From Eledone cirrhosa (lineage: Eukaryota), in NCBI GenBank assembly GCA_964016885.1, contig OZ024745.1, forward strand, positions 90,954,001 through 91,018,000: DNA of 64,000 nt. Reading direction: 5' to 3'. The notes beneath the pieces were generated by a model. It saw only the letters and a list, made by a program, of their open reading frames with translations, was not told the origin of the DNA and made no database searches. This document shows, in pieces, positions 14,365 through 29,713 of this stretch. The number at the start of each line of letters is the position of its first letter. Positions within the stretch are counted from its first letter, which is position 1. The position numbers were made by a program, and so were the translations under genes.

Positions 14365-17300
14365 GCAAGCCGACTAAAAGTGTTTTAAATAACATTGCAA
14401 GCCCACTGAAAGAGTTTAAACAACATTGCAAGCCCACTTTTAAACAACATTGCAAGCCCACTAAAAGTGTTTTAATTAACATTGCAAGCCCACTGAAAGA
14501 GTTTTAAACTACATTGCAAGTCCTCTGAAAGTGTTTTAAACAACATTGCAAGCCCACTAAAAGTGTTTTAAACAACATTGGAAGCCCACTAAAATTGTTT
14601 AAAACAACTTTGCAATGCCACTGAAAGAGTTATAAGTAACATTGCAAGCCCACTGAAAGTGTTTTAAACAACATTGCAAACCGACTGAAAGAGTTTTAAA
14701 CAACATTGGAAGCCCACTGAAAGAGTTTTAAACAACATTGCAAGCCCACTTTTAAACAACGTTGCAAGACCTCTGTAAGAATTTTGTACAACATTGCAAG
14801 CCCAGTAAAAGTGTTTTAAACAACATTGCAAGCCTACTGAAAGTGTTTTAAACAACATTGCAAGCCCACTAAAACTGTTTTAAACCACATTGTAAGCCCA
14901 CTGAAAGAGTTTTAAACAACATTGCAATTCGACAAAAACGTGTTTTAAACAACACTGCAAGCCCACTGAAAGTGTTTTAAACAACATTGCAAGCCCACTC
15001 AAACTGTTTTAAACCACATTGTTAGCCCACTTAAAGAGTTTTAAACAACATTGCAAGCCCACTGAAAGAGTTTTAAACAACATTGCAAGCCCACTAAAAT
15101 TATTTTAATCAACATTGTAAGCCCACTGAAAGAGTTTTAAACAACATTGCAAGCCCACTAAAAGCGTCTTAAAGAACATTGTAAGCCCACTGAAAGAGTT
15201 TTAAACAACATAGCAAGCCCTCTATAAGTGTTTTAAACAATAATGCAAGCCCACTGAAAGTGTTTTAAACAAACTTTCAAGCCTAGTGAAAGAGTTTTAA
15301 ACAACATTGCAAGCCCACTAAAAGAGTTTTAAACAACATTGCAAGCTCACTAAAAGTGTTATAAACAACATTGCAAGCCCACTGAAAGAGTTTTAAACAA
15401 CATTGCAAGCCCACTGAAAGAGTTTGAAACAACATTGCAAACACACTGAAAGAGTTTAAAACAACATTGCAAGCCCTCTAAAAGTGTTTTAAACAACATT
15501 GCAAGCCCACTGAAAGAGTTCTAAACAACATTGCAAGTCCTCTGAAAGTGTTTTAAACAACATTGCAAGCCCACTAAAAGAGTTTTAAACAACATTGCAA
15601 CCACAATAAAAGTGTTTTAAACAACATTGGAAGCCCACTGAAAGAGTTTTAAACAACATTGCAAGCCCACTAAAAGTGTTTTAAAAAACATTGCAAGGCC
15701 ACTGAAAGAGTTTTAAACCACATTGCAAGCAAACTGAAAGAGATTTTAAACAACATTGCAAGCCCTCTGAAAGAGTTTTTGCAAGCCCACTTTTAAACAA
15801 CATTGCAAGCTCACTGAAAGAGTTTTAAACAACATTGCAAACCCACTGAAATAGTTTTAAACAACATTGGAAGTCCACTGAAAGTGTTTTAAAAAACATT
15901 GCAAGCCCAGTGAAAGAGTTTTAAACAACATTGCAAGCCCACTAAAAGAGTGTTAAACAACATTGTAAGCTCACTAGAAGTGTTATAAACAACGTTGCAA
16001 GCCCACTGAAAGAGTTTAAAACAACATTGCTAACCCTCAAAGAGTTTTAAACAACATTGCAAGCCCAGTTTTAAACAACATTGCCAGCCCACTGAGAGAG
16101 TTTTAAACAACATTGCAAGCCTACTGAAAGTGTTTTAAACAACATTGTAAGCCCACTGAAAGAGGTTAAACAACATTGCAAGCCCACTGAAAGAGTTTTA
16201 AAAAACATTGCAAGCCCACTGAAAGAGTTTTAAACCACATTGCAAGCCCACTTAAAGAGTTTAAAACAACATTGTAAGCCCACTAAAAGTGTTTAAAACA
16301 ACATCGTAAGCCCACTAATAGCGTTTTAAACAACATTGCAAACCCACTGAAAGAATTTTTAAACAACATTGCAAACACACTGAAATTATTTTAAGAAACA
16401 TTGGAAGCCCACTGAAAGTGTTTTAAACAACATTGCAAGCTCACTAAAAGTATTTTAATCAACATTGTAATCCCACTGAAAGAGTTTTAAACAACATTGT
16501 AAGCCCACTGACAGAGTTTTAAACAAAATTGCAAGCTCACTGAAAGAGTTTTAAACAACATTGCAAGCCGACTAAAAGTGTTTTAAATAACATTGCAAGC
16601 CCACTGAAAGAGTTTTAAACAACATTGCAAGTCCTCTGAAAGAGTTTTAAACAACATTGCAAGCCCACTTTTAAACAACATTGCAAGCCCACTAAAAGTG
16701 TTTTAATTAACATTGCAAGCCCACTGAAAGAGTTTTAAACAACATTGCAAGTCCTTTGAAAGTGTTTTAAACAACATTGCAAGCCCACTAAAAGTGTTTT
16801 AAACAACATTGGAAGCCCACTAAAATTGTTTAAAACAACTTTGCAATGCCACTGAAAGAGTTCTAAGTAACATTGCAAGCCCAGTGAAAGTGTTTTAAAC
16901 AACATTGCAAACCGACTGAAAGAGTTTTAAACAACATTGGAAGCCCACTGAAAGAGTTTTAAACAACATTGCAAGCCCACTTTTAAACAACGTTGCAAGA
17001 CCTCTGAAAGAATTTTGTACAACATTGCAAGCCCAGTAAAAGTGTTTTAAACAACATTGCAAGCCTACTGAAAGTGTTTTAAACAACATTGCAAGCCCAC
17101 TAAAACTGTTTTAAACCACATTGTAAGCCCACTGAAAGAGTTTTAAACAACATTGCAATTCGACAAAAAGTGTTTTAAACAACACTGCAAGCCCACTGAA
17201 AGTGTTTTAAACAAAATTGCAAGCCCACTAAAACTGTTTTAAACCACATTGTTAGCCCACTGAAAGAGTTTTAAACAACATTGCAAGCCCACTGAAAGAG

Positions 17301-20300
17301 TTTTAAACAACATTGCAAGCCCACTAAAATTATTTTAATCAACATTGTAAGCGCACTGAAAGAGTTTTAAACAACATTGCAAGCCCACTAAAAGCGTCTT
17401 AAAGAACATTGTAAGCCCACTGAAAGAGTTTTAAACAACATAGCAAGTCCTCTATAAGTGTTTTAAACAATAATGCAAGCCCACTGAAAGTGTTTTAAAC
17501 AAAATTTCAAGCCCAGTGAAAGAGTTTTATACAACATTGCAAGCCCACTAAAAGAGTTTTAAACAACATTGCAAGCTCACTAAAAGTGTTATAAACAACA
17601 TTGCAAGCCCACTGAAAGAGTTTGAAACAACATTGCAAACACACTGAAAGAGTTTAAAACAACATTGCAAGCCCACTAAAAGTGTTTTAAACAACATTGC
17701 AAGCCCGCTGAAAGAGTTCTAAACAACATTGCAAGTCCTCTGAAAGTGTTTTAAACAACATTGCAAGCCCACTAAAAGAGTTTTAAACAACATTGCAACC
17801 CCAATAATAGTGTTTTAAACAACATTGGAAGCCCACTGAAAGAGTTTTAAACAACATTGCAAGCCCACTAAAAGTGTTTTAAAAAACATTGCAAGCCCAC
17901 TGAAAGAGTTTTAAACCACATTGCAAGCCAACTGAAAGAGATTTTAAACAACATTGCAAGCCCTCTGAAAGAGTTTTTGCAAGCCCACGTTTAAACAACA
18001 TTGCAAGCTCACTGAAAGAGTTTTAAACAACATTGCAAACCCACTGAAATAGTTTTAAACAACATTGGAAGTCCACTGAAAGTGTTTTAAACAACATTGC
18101 AAGCCCACTAAAAGAGTTTTAAACAACATTGTAAGCTCACTAGAAGTGTTATAAACAACGTTGCAAGCCCACTGAAAGAGTTTAAAACAACATTGCTAAC
18201 CCTCAAAGAGTTTTAAACAACATTGCAAGCCCAGTTTTAAACAACATTGCAAGGCCAATAAAAGTGTTTTAAACAACATTGCAAGCCCACTGAGAGAGTT
18301 TTAAACAACATTGCAAGCCTACTGAAAGTGTTTTAAACAACATTGTAAGCCCACTGAAAGAGGTTAAACAACATTGCAAGCCCACTGAAAGAGTTTTAAA
18401 AAACATTGCAAGCCCACTGAAAGAGTTTTAAACAACATTGCAAGCCCACTAAAAGTGTTTAAAACAACATCGTAAGCCCACTAATAGCGTTTTAAACAAC
18501 ATTGCAAACCCACTGAAAGAATTTTTAAACAACATTGCAAACACACTGAAAGTGTTTTAAGAAACAATGGAAGCCCACTGAAAGTGTTTTAAACAACATT
18601 GCAAGCTCACTAAAAGTATTTTAATCAACATTGTAATCCCACTGAAAGAGTTTTAAACAACATTGTAAGCCCACTGACAGAGTTTTAAACAAAATTGCAA
18701 GCACACTGAAAGAGTTTTAAACAACATTGCAAGCCGACTAAAAGTGTTTTAAATAACATTGCAAGCCCACTGAAAGAGTTTTAAACAACATTGCAAGTCC
18801 TCTGAAAGAGTTTTAAACAACATTGCAAGCCCACTTTTAAACAACATTGCAAGCCCACTAAAAGTGTTTTAATTAACATTGCAAGCCCACTGAAAGAGTT
18901 TTAAACAACATTGCAAGTCCTCTGAAAGTGTTTTAAACAACATTGCAAGCCCATTAATAGTGTTTTAAAAAACATTGGAAGCCCACTAAAATTGTTTAAA
19001 ACAACTTTGCAATGCCACTGAAAGAGTTCTAAGAAACATTGCAAGCCCACTGAAAGTGTTTTAAACAGCATTGCAAACCGACTGAAAGAGTTTTAAACAA
19101 CATTGGAAGCCCACTGAAAGAGTTTTAAACAACATTGCAAGCCCACTAAAAGTGTTTTAAACAACATTGCATTGCAAGTCAACTAAAAGTGTTTTGAACA
19201 ACATTGGAAACCCATTAAAAGTGTATTAAACAACATTGCAAGCCCACTGAAAGAGTTTAAACAACATTGTAAGCCCACAAAAGGTGTTTTAAACAGCATT
19301 GCAAGCCCACTGAAAGAGTTTTGTACAACATTGTAAGCCCACAAAAAGTGTTTTAAACAACATTGCAAGCCCACTGAAAGAGTTTTAAACAACATAGTAA
19401 GCCCACTGAAAGAGTTTTAAACAACATTGTAAGCCCACTGAAAGAGTTCTAAACAACATGGCGAGCCGACTGAAAGAGTTTTAAACAACATTGCAAGCCC
19501 ACTAAAGGTATTTAAACAGCATTGCATTGCAAGCAAACTGAAAGAGTTTTAAACAACATTGGAAGCCAACTAAGAGTGTTTTAAACAACAGTGCAAGCCC
19601 ACTGCAAGTGTTTTAAACAACATTGCAAGCCCACTGAAAGACTTTTAAACAACATTGCAAGTCCACTAAAAGTGTTTTAAACAACATTGTAAGCCCACTG
19701 ACAGAGTTTTAAACAACATTGGAAACCCACTGAAAGAGTTTTAAACAACATTGAAAGCCCACTAAAAGAGTTTTAAAAAACATTGCAAACCCACTGAAAG
19801 AGTTCTAAACAACATTGGAAGCACACTGAAAGAGTTTTAAACAACATTGCAAGCCCACTTTTAAACAACGTTGCAAGCCCACTGAAAGTGTTTCAAAAAA
19901 CATTCCAAGCCCACTGAAAGTGTTATAAATAACATTGCAAGCCCACTGAAGGTGTTTCAAACAACAATGCAAGCCCACTAAAAGTGTTTTAAACAACATT
20001 GCATTGCAAGTCCACTAAAAGTGTTTTAAACAACATTGGACGCCCATTAAAAGTGTATTAAACAACATTGCAAGCCCACTGAAAGAGTTTTAAACAAGAT
20101 TGCAAGCCCACTGAAATAGTTTTAAAAAACATTGCAAGCCCACTGGAAGAGTTTTAAACAACATTGCAAGCGCACTAAAAGTGTTTTAAACAACATTGTA
20201 AGCCCACAAAAAGTGTTTTAAACAGCATTGCAAGCCCTCTGAAAGAGTTTTGTACAACATTGTAAGCCCACAAAAAGTGTTTTACACAACATTGTAAGCC

Positions 20301-23300
20301 CACTGAAAGAGTTTTAAACAACATACCAAGCCCACTGAAAGTGTTTTAAACAAGATTGCAAGCCCACTGAAAGAGTTTTAAACAGCATTGCAACCCCACT
20401 GAAAGGGTTTTAAAGAACATTGCAAGCCCACAGAGAGAGTTTTAAACAACATTGCAAGCCCACTAAAAGTGTTTTAAGCAACATTGCATTGCAAGCCCTC
20501 TGAAAGAGTTTTAAACAACATTGCAAACACACTGAAAGACCTTTAAACAACATTGCAAGTCCACTAAAAGTGTTTTAAACAACATTGCAAGCCCACTAAA
20601 AGTGTTTTAAACAACATTGTAAGCCCACTGACAGAGTTTTAAACAACATTGCAAACCCACTGAAAGAGTTTTAAACAACATTGAAAGCCCACTAAAAGAG
20701 TTTTAAACAACGTAGCAAACCCACTGAAAGAGTTCTAAACAAGATTGGAAGCACACTGAAAGAGTTTTAAACAACATTGCAAGCCCACTTTTAAACAACA
20801 TTGCAAGCCCACTGAAAGAGTTTTAAACAACATTGCAAGCCCACTAAAAGCGTTTTAAACAACATTGGAAGTCGACTAAAAGTGTTTTAAACAACATTGC
20901 AAGCCCACTGAAAGAATTTTAAACAACATTGCAAGCCCACTAAAAGTGTGTTAAAAAACATTGCAAGCCCACTGAAAGTATTTTAAACAGCATTGCAAGC
21001 CCACTGAAAGAGTTTTAAACAACATTGGAAGCCCACTGAAAGAGTTTTAAACAACATTGGAAGCCCACTGAAAGAGTTTTAAACATCATTGCAAGCCCAC
21101 TAAGAGTGTTTTAAACAACATTGCAAGCCCACTGAATGAGTTTTAAACAACATTGCAAGCCCACTGAAAGTCTTTTAAACAACATTGCAAGCCCTCTAAA
21201 AGTGTTTTAAAAGACATTGCAAGCCCGCTAAAAGTGTTTTAAACAGCATTGTAAGCCCACTGACAGAGTTTTAAATAAAATTGCAAGCTCATTGAAAGAG
21301 TTTTAAACAACATTTCAAGCCCACTAAAAGTGTTTTAAACAACATTGCAAGCCCTCTAAAATGTTTTAAACAACATTGCAAGCCCACTGAGTGTGTTTTA
21401 AACAACATTGCAAGCCCTCTGAAATGTATTAAACAACATTGCAAGCCCACTGAGAGTGTTTTAAACAACATTGCAAGCCCACTAAAAGAGTTTTAAACAA
21501 CATTGGAAGCCCACTGAAAGACTTTTAAACAACATTGCAAGCCCACTGAAAGAGTTTTAAACAACATTGCAAGTCCTCTGAAAGAGTTTTAAACAACATT
21601 GCAAGCCCACTTTTAAACAACATTGCAAGCCCACTGAAAGACCTTTAAACAACATTGCGAGCCCACTAAAAGTGTTTTAAACAACATTGTAAGCCCACTG
21701 ACAGAGTTTTAAACAAAATTGTAAGCTCACTGAAAGAGTTTTAAACAACATTGAAAGCCCAATAAAAGAGTTTTAAACAACGTTGCAAACCCACTGAAAG
21801 AGTTCTAAACAAGATTGGAAGCACACTGAAAGAGTTTTAAACAACATTGCAAGCCCACTTTTAAACAACATTGCAAGCCTACTGAAAGAGTTTTAAACAA
21901 CATTGCAAGCCCACTAAAAGCGTTTTAAACAACATTGGAAGTCCACTAAAAGTGTTTTAAACAACATTGCAAGCCCACTGAAAGAATTTTAAACAACATT
22001 GCAAGCCCACTAAAAGTGTGTTAAAAAACATTGCAAGCCCACTGAAAGTGTTTTAAACAGCATTGCAAGCCCACTGAAAGAGTTTTAAACAACATTGGAA
22101 GCCCACTGAAAGAGTTTTAAACAACATTGGAAGCCCACTGAAAGAGTTTTAAACATCATTGCAAGCCCACTAAGAGTGTTTTAAACAACACTGCAAGCCC
22201 ACTGAATGAGTTTTAAACAACATTGCAAGCCCACTGAAAGTCTTTTAAACAACATTGCAAGCCCTCTAAAAGTGTTTTAAAAAACATTGCAAGCCCACTA
22301 AAACTGTTTTAAACAGCATTGTAAGCCCACTGACAGAGTTTTAAATAAAATTGCAAGCTCATTGAAAGAGTTTTAAACAACATTTCAAGCCCACTAAAAG
22401 TGTTTTAAACAACATTGCAAGCCCTCTAAAATGTTTTAAACAACATTGCAAGCCCACTGAGAGTGTTTTAAACAACATTGCAAGCCCTCTAAAATGTTTT
22501 AAACAACATTGCAAGCCCACTGAGAGTGTTTTAAACAACATTGCAAGCCCACTAAAAGTGTTTTAAACAACATTGGAAGCCCACTGAAAGACTTTTAAAC
22601 AACATTGCAAGCCCACTGAAAGAGTTTTAAACAACATTGCAAGTCCTCTGAAAGAGTTTTAAACAACATTGCAAGCCCACTTTTAAACAACATTGCAAGC
22701 CCACTGAAAGACCTTTAAACAACATTGCGAGCCCACTAAAAGTGTTTTAAACAACATTGTAAGCCCACTGACAGAGTTTTAAACAAAATTGCAAGCTCAC
22801 TGAAAGAGTTTTAAACAACATGGCAAGCCCACTAAAAGTGTTTTAAACAACATTACTAGCCCTCTGAAAGAGTTTTAAACAACATTGCAAGCTCTCTGAA
22901 AGAGTTTTAAACAACATTGCAAGCCCATTGAAAGAGTTTTATACAACATTGCAAGCCCACTTTTAAACAACATTGCAAGCCCACTGAAAGAGTTTTAAAC
23001 AACATTGCAAGCCCACTAAAAGTGTTTTAAACAACATTGGAAGTCCACTAAAAGTGTTTTAAACAACATTGCAAGCCCACTGAAATAATTTTAAACAACA
23101 TTGCAAGCCCAATAAAAGTGTTTTAGTAAACACTGCAAGCCCACTGAAAGTGTTTTAAACAGCATTGCAAGCCCACTGAAAGAGTTTTAAACAACATTGG
23201 AAGCCCACTGAAAGAGTTTTAAACAACATTGGAAGCCCACTGAAAGAGTTTTAAACAACATTGCAAGCCCACTAAAAGTGTTTTAAACAACATTGCAAGC

Positions 23301-26300
23301 CCTCTCAAAGACTTTTAAACAACATTGCAAGCCCACTAAAAGTGTTTTAAACAACATTGTAAGCCCACTAACAGAGTTTTAAACAAAATTGCAAGCTCAT
23401 TGAAAGAGTTTTAAACAACATTGCAAGCTCACTAAAAGTGTTTTAAACAACATTGCAAGCCCTCTAAAATGTTTTAAACAACATTGCAAGCCCACTGAGA
23501 GTGTTTTAAACAACATTGGAAGCCCACTGAAAGAATTTTAAACAACATTGCAAGCGCACTAAAAGAGTTTTAAACAATATTGGAAGCCCACTGAAAGAGT
23601 TTTAAACAACAACATTGCAAGTCCTCTGAAAGAGTTTTAAACAACATTGCAAGCCCACTTTTAAACAACATTGCAAGCCCACTGAAGGAGTTTTAAACAA
23701 CATTGCAAGCCCACTAAAAGTGTTTTAAACAACATTGGAAGTCCACTGAAAGAATTTTAAACAACATTGCAAGCCCACTGAAAGAGTTTTAAACAACATT
23801 GCAAGCCCACTGAAAGTGCTTTAAACAACATTGCAAGCCCACTAAAAGTGTTTTAAACAACATTGTAAGCCCACTGAAAGAGTTTTAAACAAGATTGCAA
23901 CCCTACTGAAAGAGTTTTAAAGAACATTACAAGCCCACTGAAAGAGTTTTAAACAACATTGCAAGCCCTCTAAAAGTGTTTTAAACAACATTGCAAGCTC
24001 ACTGAAAGTGTTTTAAACAGCATTGCAAGCCTACTGAAAGAGTTTTAAACAACATTGCAAGCCCACTGAAAGAGTTTTCAACAACATTGGAAACCCACTG
24101 AATGAATTTTAAACAACATTGCAAGCCCACTAAAAGTTTTTTTAAGTAACATTGCAAGCCCTCTAAAAATGTTTTAAACAACATTGTAAGCCCACTGAAA
24201 GAGTTTTAAACAAGATTGCAACCCTACTGAAAGAGTTTTAAAGAACATTACAAGCCCACTGAAAGAGTTTTAAACAACATTGCAAGCCCTCTAGAAGTGT
24301 TTTAAACAACATTGCAAGCTCACTGACAGTGTTTTAAACAGCATTGCAAGCCCACTGAAAGAGTTTTAAGCAACATTGGAAGCCCACTGAAAGAGTTTTA
24401 AACAACATTGGAATCAAACTGAAAGAGTTTTAACAACATTGCAAGCCCACTAAAAGAGTTTTGAACAGCATTATAAGCCCACTGACAGAGTTTTAAACAA
24501 AATTGCAAGCTCATTGAAAGAGTTTTAAACAACATTGCAAGCTCACTAAAAGTATTTTAAACAACATTGCAAGCCCACTGAGAGTGTTTTAAACAACATT
24601 GCAAGCCCACTAAAAGAGTTTTAAACAACATTGGAAGCCGACTGAAAGACTTTTAAACAATATTGCAAGCCCACTGAAAGAGTTTTAAACAACATTGCAA
24701 GTCCTCTGAAAGAGTTTTAAACAACATTGCAAGCCCACTTTTAAACAACATTGCAAGCCCACTGAAAGAGTTTTAAACAACATTGCAAGCCCACTAAAAG
24801 TGTTTTAAACAACATTGTAAGCCCACTGAAAGAGTTTTAAACCAAACTACAAGCCCACTGAAAGTGTTTTAAACAACATTGTAGTGCACTAAAAGAGTTT
24901 TAAACTACATTGCAAGGCCAATAAAAGTGTTTTAAACAACATTGCAAGCCCACTGAAAGACTTTTAAACAACATTGCAAGTCCACTAAAAGTGTTTTAAA
25001 CAACATTGCAAGCCCCCTGAAAGAGTTTTAAACAATATTGCAAGCCCACTAAAAGAGTTTTAAACAACATTGGAAGCCCACTAAAAGAGTTTTAAACAAT
25101 ATTTCAAGCCCACTAAAAGTGTTTTAAACAACATTGCAAGGCCACTGAAAGAGTTCTAAACAACATTGGAAGCCCACTGAAAGGGTTTTAAACAACATCG
25201 CAAGCCCACTAAAAGTGTTTTAAACAGCATTGGAAGCCCACTAAAAGTGTTTTAAACAACATTGGAAGCCCACTAAAAGAGTTTTAAACAACATTGCAAG
25301 CCCACTGAAAGAGTTCTAAACAACATTGCAAGCCCACTGAAAGAGTTTTAAACAACATTGCAAACCCTCTGAAAGAGCTTTTGCAAGCCCACTTTTAAAC
25401 AACATTGCAAGCCCACTAAAACTGTTTTAAACAACATTGTAAGCCCACTGAAAGAGGTTAAACAACATTACAAGCCCACTAAAAGTGTTTTAAACAACAT
25501 TGTAAGCCCACTGACAGAGTTTTCAACAAAATTACAAGCTCACTAAAAGTGTTTCAAGCAACATTGCAAGCCCACTGAAAGAGTTTTAAAAAACATTGCA
25601 AGCCCACTGAAAGAGTTTTAAACCACATTGCAAGCCCACTGAAAGAGTTTTAAACAACACTGCAAGCCCACTAAAAGAGTTTTAAACAACATTGCAAGGC
25701 CAATAAAAGTGTTTTAAACAACATTGCAAGCCCACTGAGAGAGTTTTAAACAACATTGCAAGCCTACTGAAAGTGTTTTAAACAACATTGTAAGCCCACT
25801 GAAAGAGGTTAAACAACATTGCAAGCCCACTAAAAGTATTTTAACCAACATTGTAAGCCTACTGACAGAGTTTTAAGCAACATTGCAAGGCCAATAAAAG
25901 TGTTTCAAACAACATTGCAAGCCCACTGAAAGAGTTTTAAACAACATTGCAAGCCCACTAAAAGTGTTTAAAACAACATCGTAAGCCCACTAATAGCGTT
26001 TTAAACAACATTGCAAACCCACTGAAAGAATTTTTAAACAACATTGCAAACACACTGAAAGTGTTTTAAGAAACATTGGAAGCCGACTGAAAGTGTTTTA
26101 AACAACATTGCAAGCTCACTAAAAGTATTTTAATCAACCTTGTAATCACACTGAAAGAGTTTTAAACAACATTGTAAGGCCACTGACAGAGTTTTAAACA
26201 AAATTGCAAGCTCACTGAAAGAGTTTTAAACAACATTGCAAGCCGACTAAAAGTGTTTTAAATAACATTGCAAGCCCACTGAAAGAGTTTTAAAATCATT

Positions 26301-27378
26301 GCAAGCCCACTGAAAGAGTTTTAAACCACATTGCAAGCCCACTTAAAGAGTTTAAAACAACATTGTAAGCCCACTAAAACTGTTTTAAACAACATTGCAA
26401 GCCCACTAAAAGTGTTTAAAACAACATCGTAAGCCCACTAATAGCGTTTTAAACAACATTGCAAACCCACTGAAAGAATTTTTAAACAACATTGCAAACA
26501 CACTGAAAGTGTTTTAAGAAACATTGGAAGCCGACTGAAAGTGTTTTAAACAACATTGCAAGCTCACTAAAAGTATTTTAATCAACATTGTAATCCCACT
26601 GAAAGAGTTTTAAACAACATTGTAAGCCCACTGACAAAGTTTTAAACAAAATTGCAAGCTCACTGAAAGAGTTTTAAACAACATTGCAAGCCGACTAAAA
26701 GTGTTTTAAATAACATTGCAAGCCCACTGAAAGAGTTTTAAACAACATTGCAAGCCCACTTTTAAACAACATTGCAAGCCCACTAAAAGTGTTTTAATTA
26801 ACATTGCAAGCCCACTGAAAGAGTTTTAAACAACATTGCAAGTCCTCTGAAAGTGTTTTAAACAACATTGCAAGCCCACTGAAAGTGTTTTAAACAACAT
26901 TGGAAGCCCACTAATATTGTTTAAAACAACTTTGCAATGCCACTGAAAGAGTTACAAGTAACATTGCAAGCCCACTGAAAGTGTTTTAAACAACATTGCA
27001 AACCGACTGAAAGAGTTTTAAACAACATTGGAAGCCCACTGAAAGAGTTTTAAACAACATTGCAAGCCCACTTTTAAACAACGTTGCAAGATCTCTGTAA
27101 GAATTTTGTACAACATTGCAAGCCCAGTAAAAGTGTTTTAAACAACATTGCAAGCCTACTGAAAGTGTTTTAAACAACATTGCAAGCCCACTAAACTGTT
27201 TTAAACCACATTGTAAGCCCACTGAAAGAGTTTTAAACAACAATGCAATTCGACAAAAAGTGTTTTAAACAACACTGCAAGCCCACTGAAAGAGTTTTAA
27301 ACAACATTGCAAGCCCACTAAAAGCGTCTTAAAGAACATTGTAAGCCCACTGAAAGAGTTTTAAACAACATAGCAAGC
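14365..27378 (+). repeat. Macro-duplication copy 2 (~13.01 kb)
   Basis: Same variant order as 295-14364. It lacks a 1094-bp block and has one extra monomer near 22544-22575. Confidence 0.95.
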
Positions 27379-29713
27379 CCTCTATAAGTGTTTTAAACAA
27401 TAATGCAAGCCCACTGAAAGTGTTTTAAACAAAATTTCAAGCCCAGTGAAAGAGTTTTAAACAACATTGCAAGCCCACTAAAAGAGTTTTAAACAACATT
27501 GCAAGCTCACTAAAAGTGTTATAAACAACATTGCAAGCCCACTGAAAGAGTTTTAAACAACATTGCAAGCCCACTGAAAGAGTTTGAAACAACATTGCAA
27601 ACACACTGAAAGAGTTTAAAACACCATTGCAAGCCCTAAAAAAATGTTTTAAACAACATTGCAAGCCCGCTGAAAGAGTTTTAACCAACATTGCAAGCCC
27701 ACTGAAAGAGTTTTAAAAAACATTGCAAGCCCACTTAAAGACTTTTAAACAATATTGCAAGCCCACTAAAAGAGTTTTAAACAACATTGGAAGCCCACTA
27801 AAAGAGTTTTAAACAACATTGCAAGCCCACTAAAAGTGTTTAAAACAACATCGTAAGCCCACTAATAGCGTTTTAAACAACATTGCAAACCCACTGAAAG
27901 AATTTTTAAACAACATTGCAAACACACTGAAAGTGTTTTAAGAAACATTGGAAGCCGACTGAAAGTGTTTTAAACAACATTGCAAGCTCACTAAAAGTAT
28001 TTTAATCAACCTTGTAATCACACTGAAAGAGTTTTAAACAACATTGTAAGGCCACTGACAGAGTTTTAAACAAAATTGCAAGCTCACTGAAAGAGTTTTA
28101 AACAACATTGCAAGCCGACTAAAAGTGTTTTAAATAACATTGCAAGCCCACTGAAAGAGTTTTAAAATCATTGCAAGCCCACTGAAAGAGTTTTAAACCA
28201 CATTGCAAGCCCACTTAAAGAGTTTAAAACAACATTGTAAGCCCACTAAAACTGTTTTAAACAACATTGCAAGCCCACTAAAAGTGTTTAAAACAACATC
28301 GTAAGCCCACTAATAGCGTTTTAAACAACATTGCAAACCCACTGAAAGTATTTTTAAACAACATTGCAAACACACTGAAAGTGTTTTAAGAAACATTGGA
28401 AGCCGACTGAAAGTGTTTTAAACAACATTGCAAGCTCACTAAAAGTATTTTAATCAACATTGTAATCCCACTGAAAGAGTTTTAAACAACATTGTAAGCC
28501 CACTGACAAAGTTTTAAACAAAATTGCAAGCTCACTGAAAGAGTTTTAAACAACATTGCAAGCCGACTAAAAGTGTTTTAAATAACATTGCAAGCCCACT
28601 GAAAGAGTTTTAAACAACATTGCAAGCCCACTTTTAAACAACATTGCAAGCCCACTAAAAGTGTTTTAATTAACATTGCAAGCCCACTGAAAGAGTTTTA
28701 AACAACATTGCAAGTCCTCTGAAAGTGTTTTAAACAACATTGCAAGCCCACTGAAAGTGTTTTAAACAACATTGGAAGCCCACTAATATTGTTTAAAACA
28801 ACTTTGCAATGCCACTGAAAGAGTTACAAGTAACATTGCAAGCACACTGAAAGTGTTTTAAACAACATTGCAAACCGACTGAAAGAGTTTTAAACAACAT
28901 TGGAAGCCCACTGAAAGAGTTTTAAACAACATTGCAAGCCCACTTTTAAACAACGTTGCAAGATCTCTGTAAGAATTTTGTACAACATTGCAAGCCCAGT
29001 AAAAGTGTTTTAAACAACATTGCAAGCCTACTGAAAGTGTTTTAAACAACATTGCAAGCCCACTAAACTGTTTTAAACCACATTGTAAGCCCACTGAAAG
29101 AGTTTTAAACAACAATGCAATTCGACAAAAAGTGTTTTAAACAACACTGCAAGCCCACTGAAAGAGTTTTAAACAACATTGCAAGCCCACTAAAAGCGTC
29201 TTAAAGAACATTGTAAGCCCACTGAAAGAGTTTTAAACAACATAGCAAGCCCTCTATAAGTGTTTTAAACAATAATGCAAGCCCACTGAAAGTGTTTTAA
29301 ACAAAATTTCAAGCCCAGTGAAAGAGTTTTAAACAACATTGCAAGCCCACTAAAAGAGTTTTAAACAACATTGCAAGCTCACTAAAAGTGTTATAAACAA
29401 CATTGCAAGCCCACTGAAAGAGTTTTAAACAACATTGCAAGCCCACTGAAAGAGTTTGAAACAACATTGCAAACACACTGAAAGAGTTTAAAACAACATT
29501 GCAAGCCCTAAAAAAATGTTTTAAACAACATTGCAAGCCCGCTGAAAGAGTTTTAACCAACATTGCAAGCCCACTGAAAGAGTTTTAAAAAACATTGCAA
29601 GCCCACTTAAAGACTTTTAAACAATATTGCAAGCCCACTAAAAGAGTTTTAAACAACATTGGAAGCCCACTAAAAGAGTTTTAAACAACATTGCAAGCCC
29701 ACTAAAAGTGTTT
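25930..29713 (+). repeat. 1872-bp tandem duplication
   Basis: ORF pairs 26986/28858 and 27437/29309 are 1872 bp apart. The ATCGTAAG marker occurs at 25978 and 27850. Confidence 0.92.
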
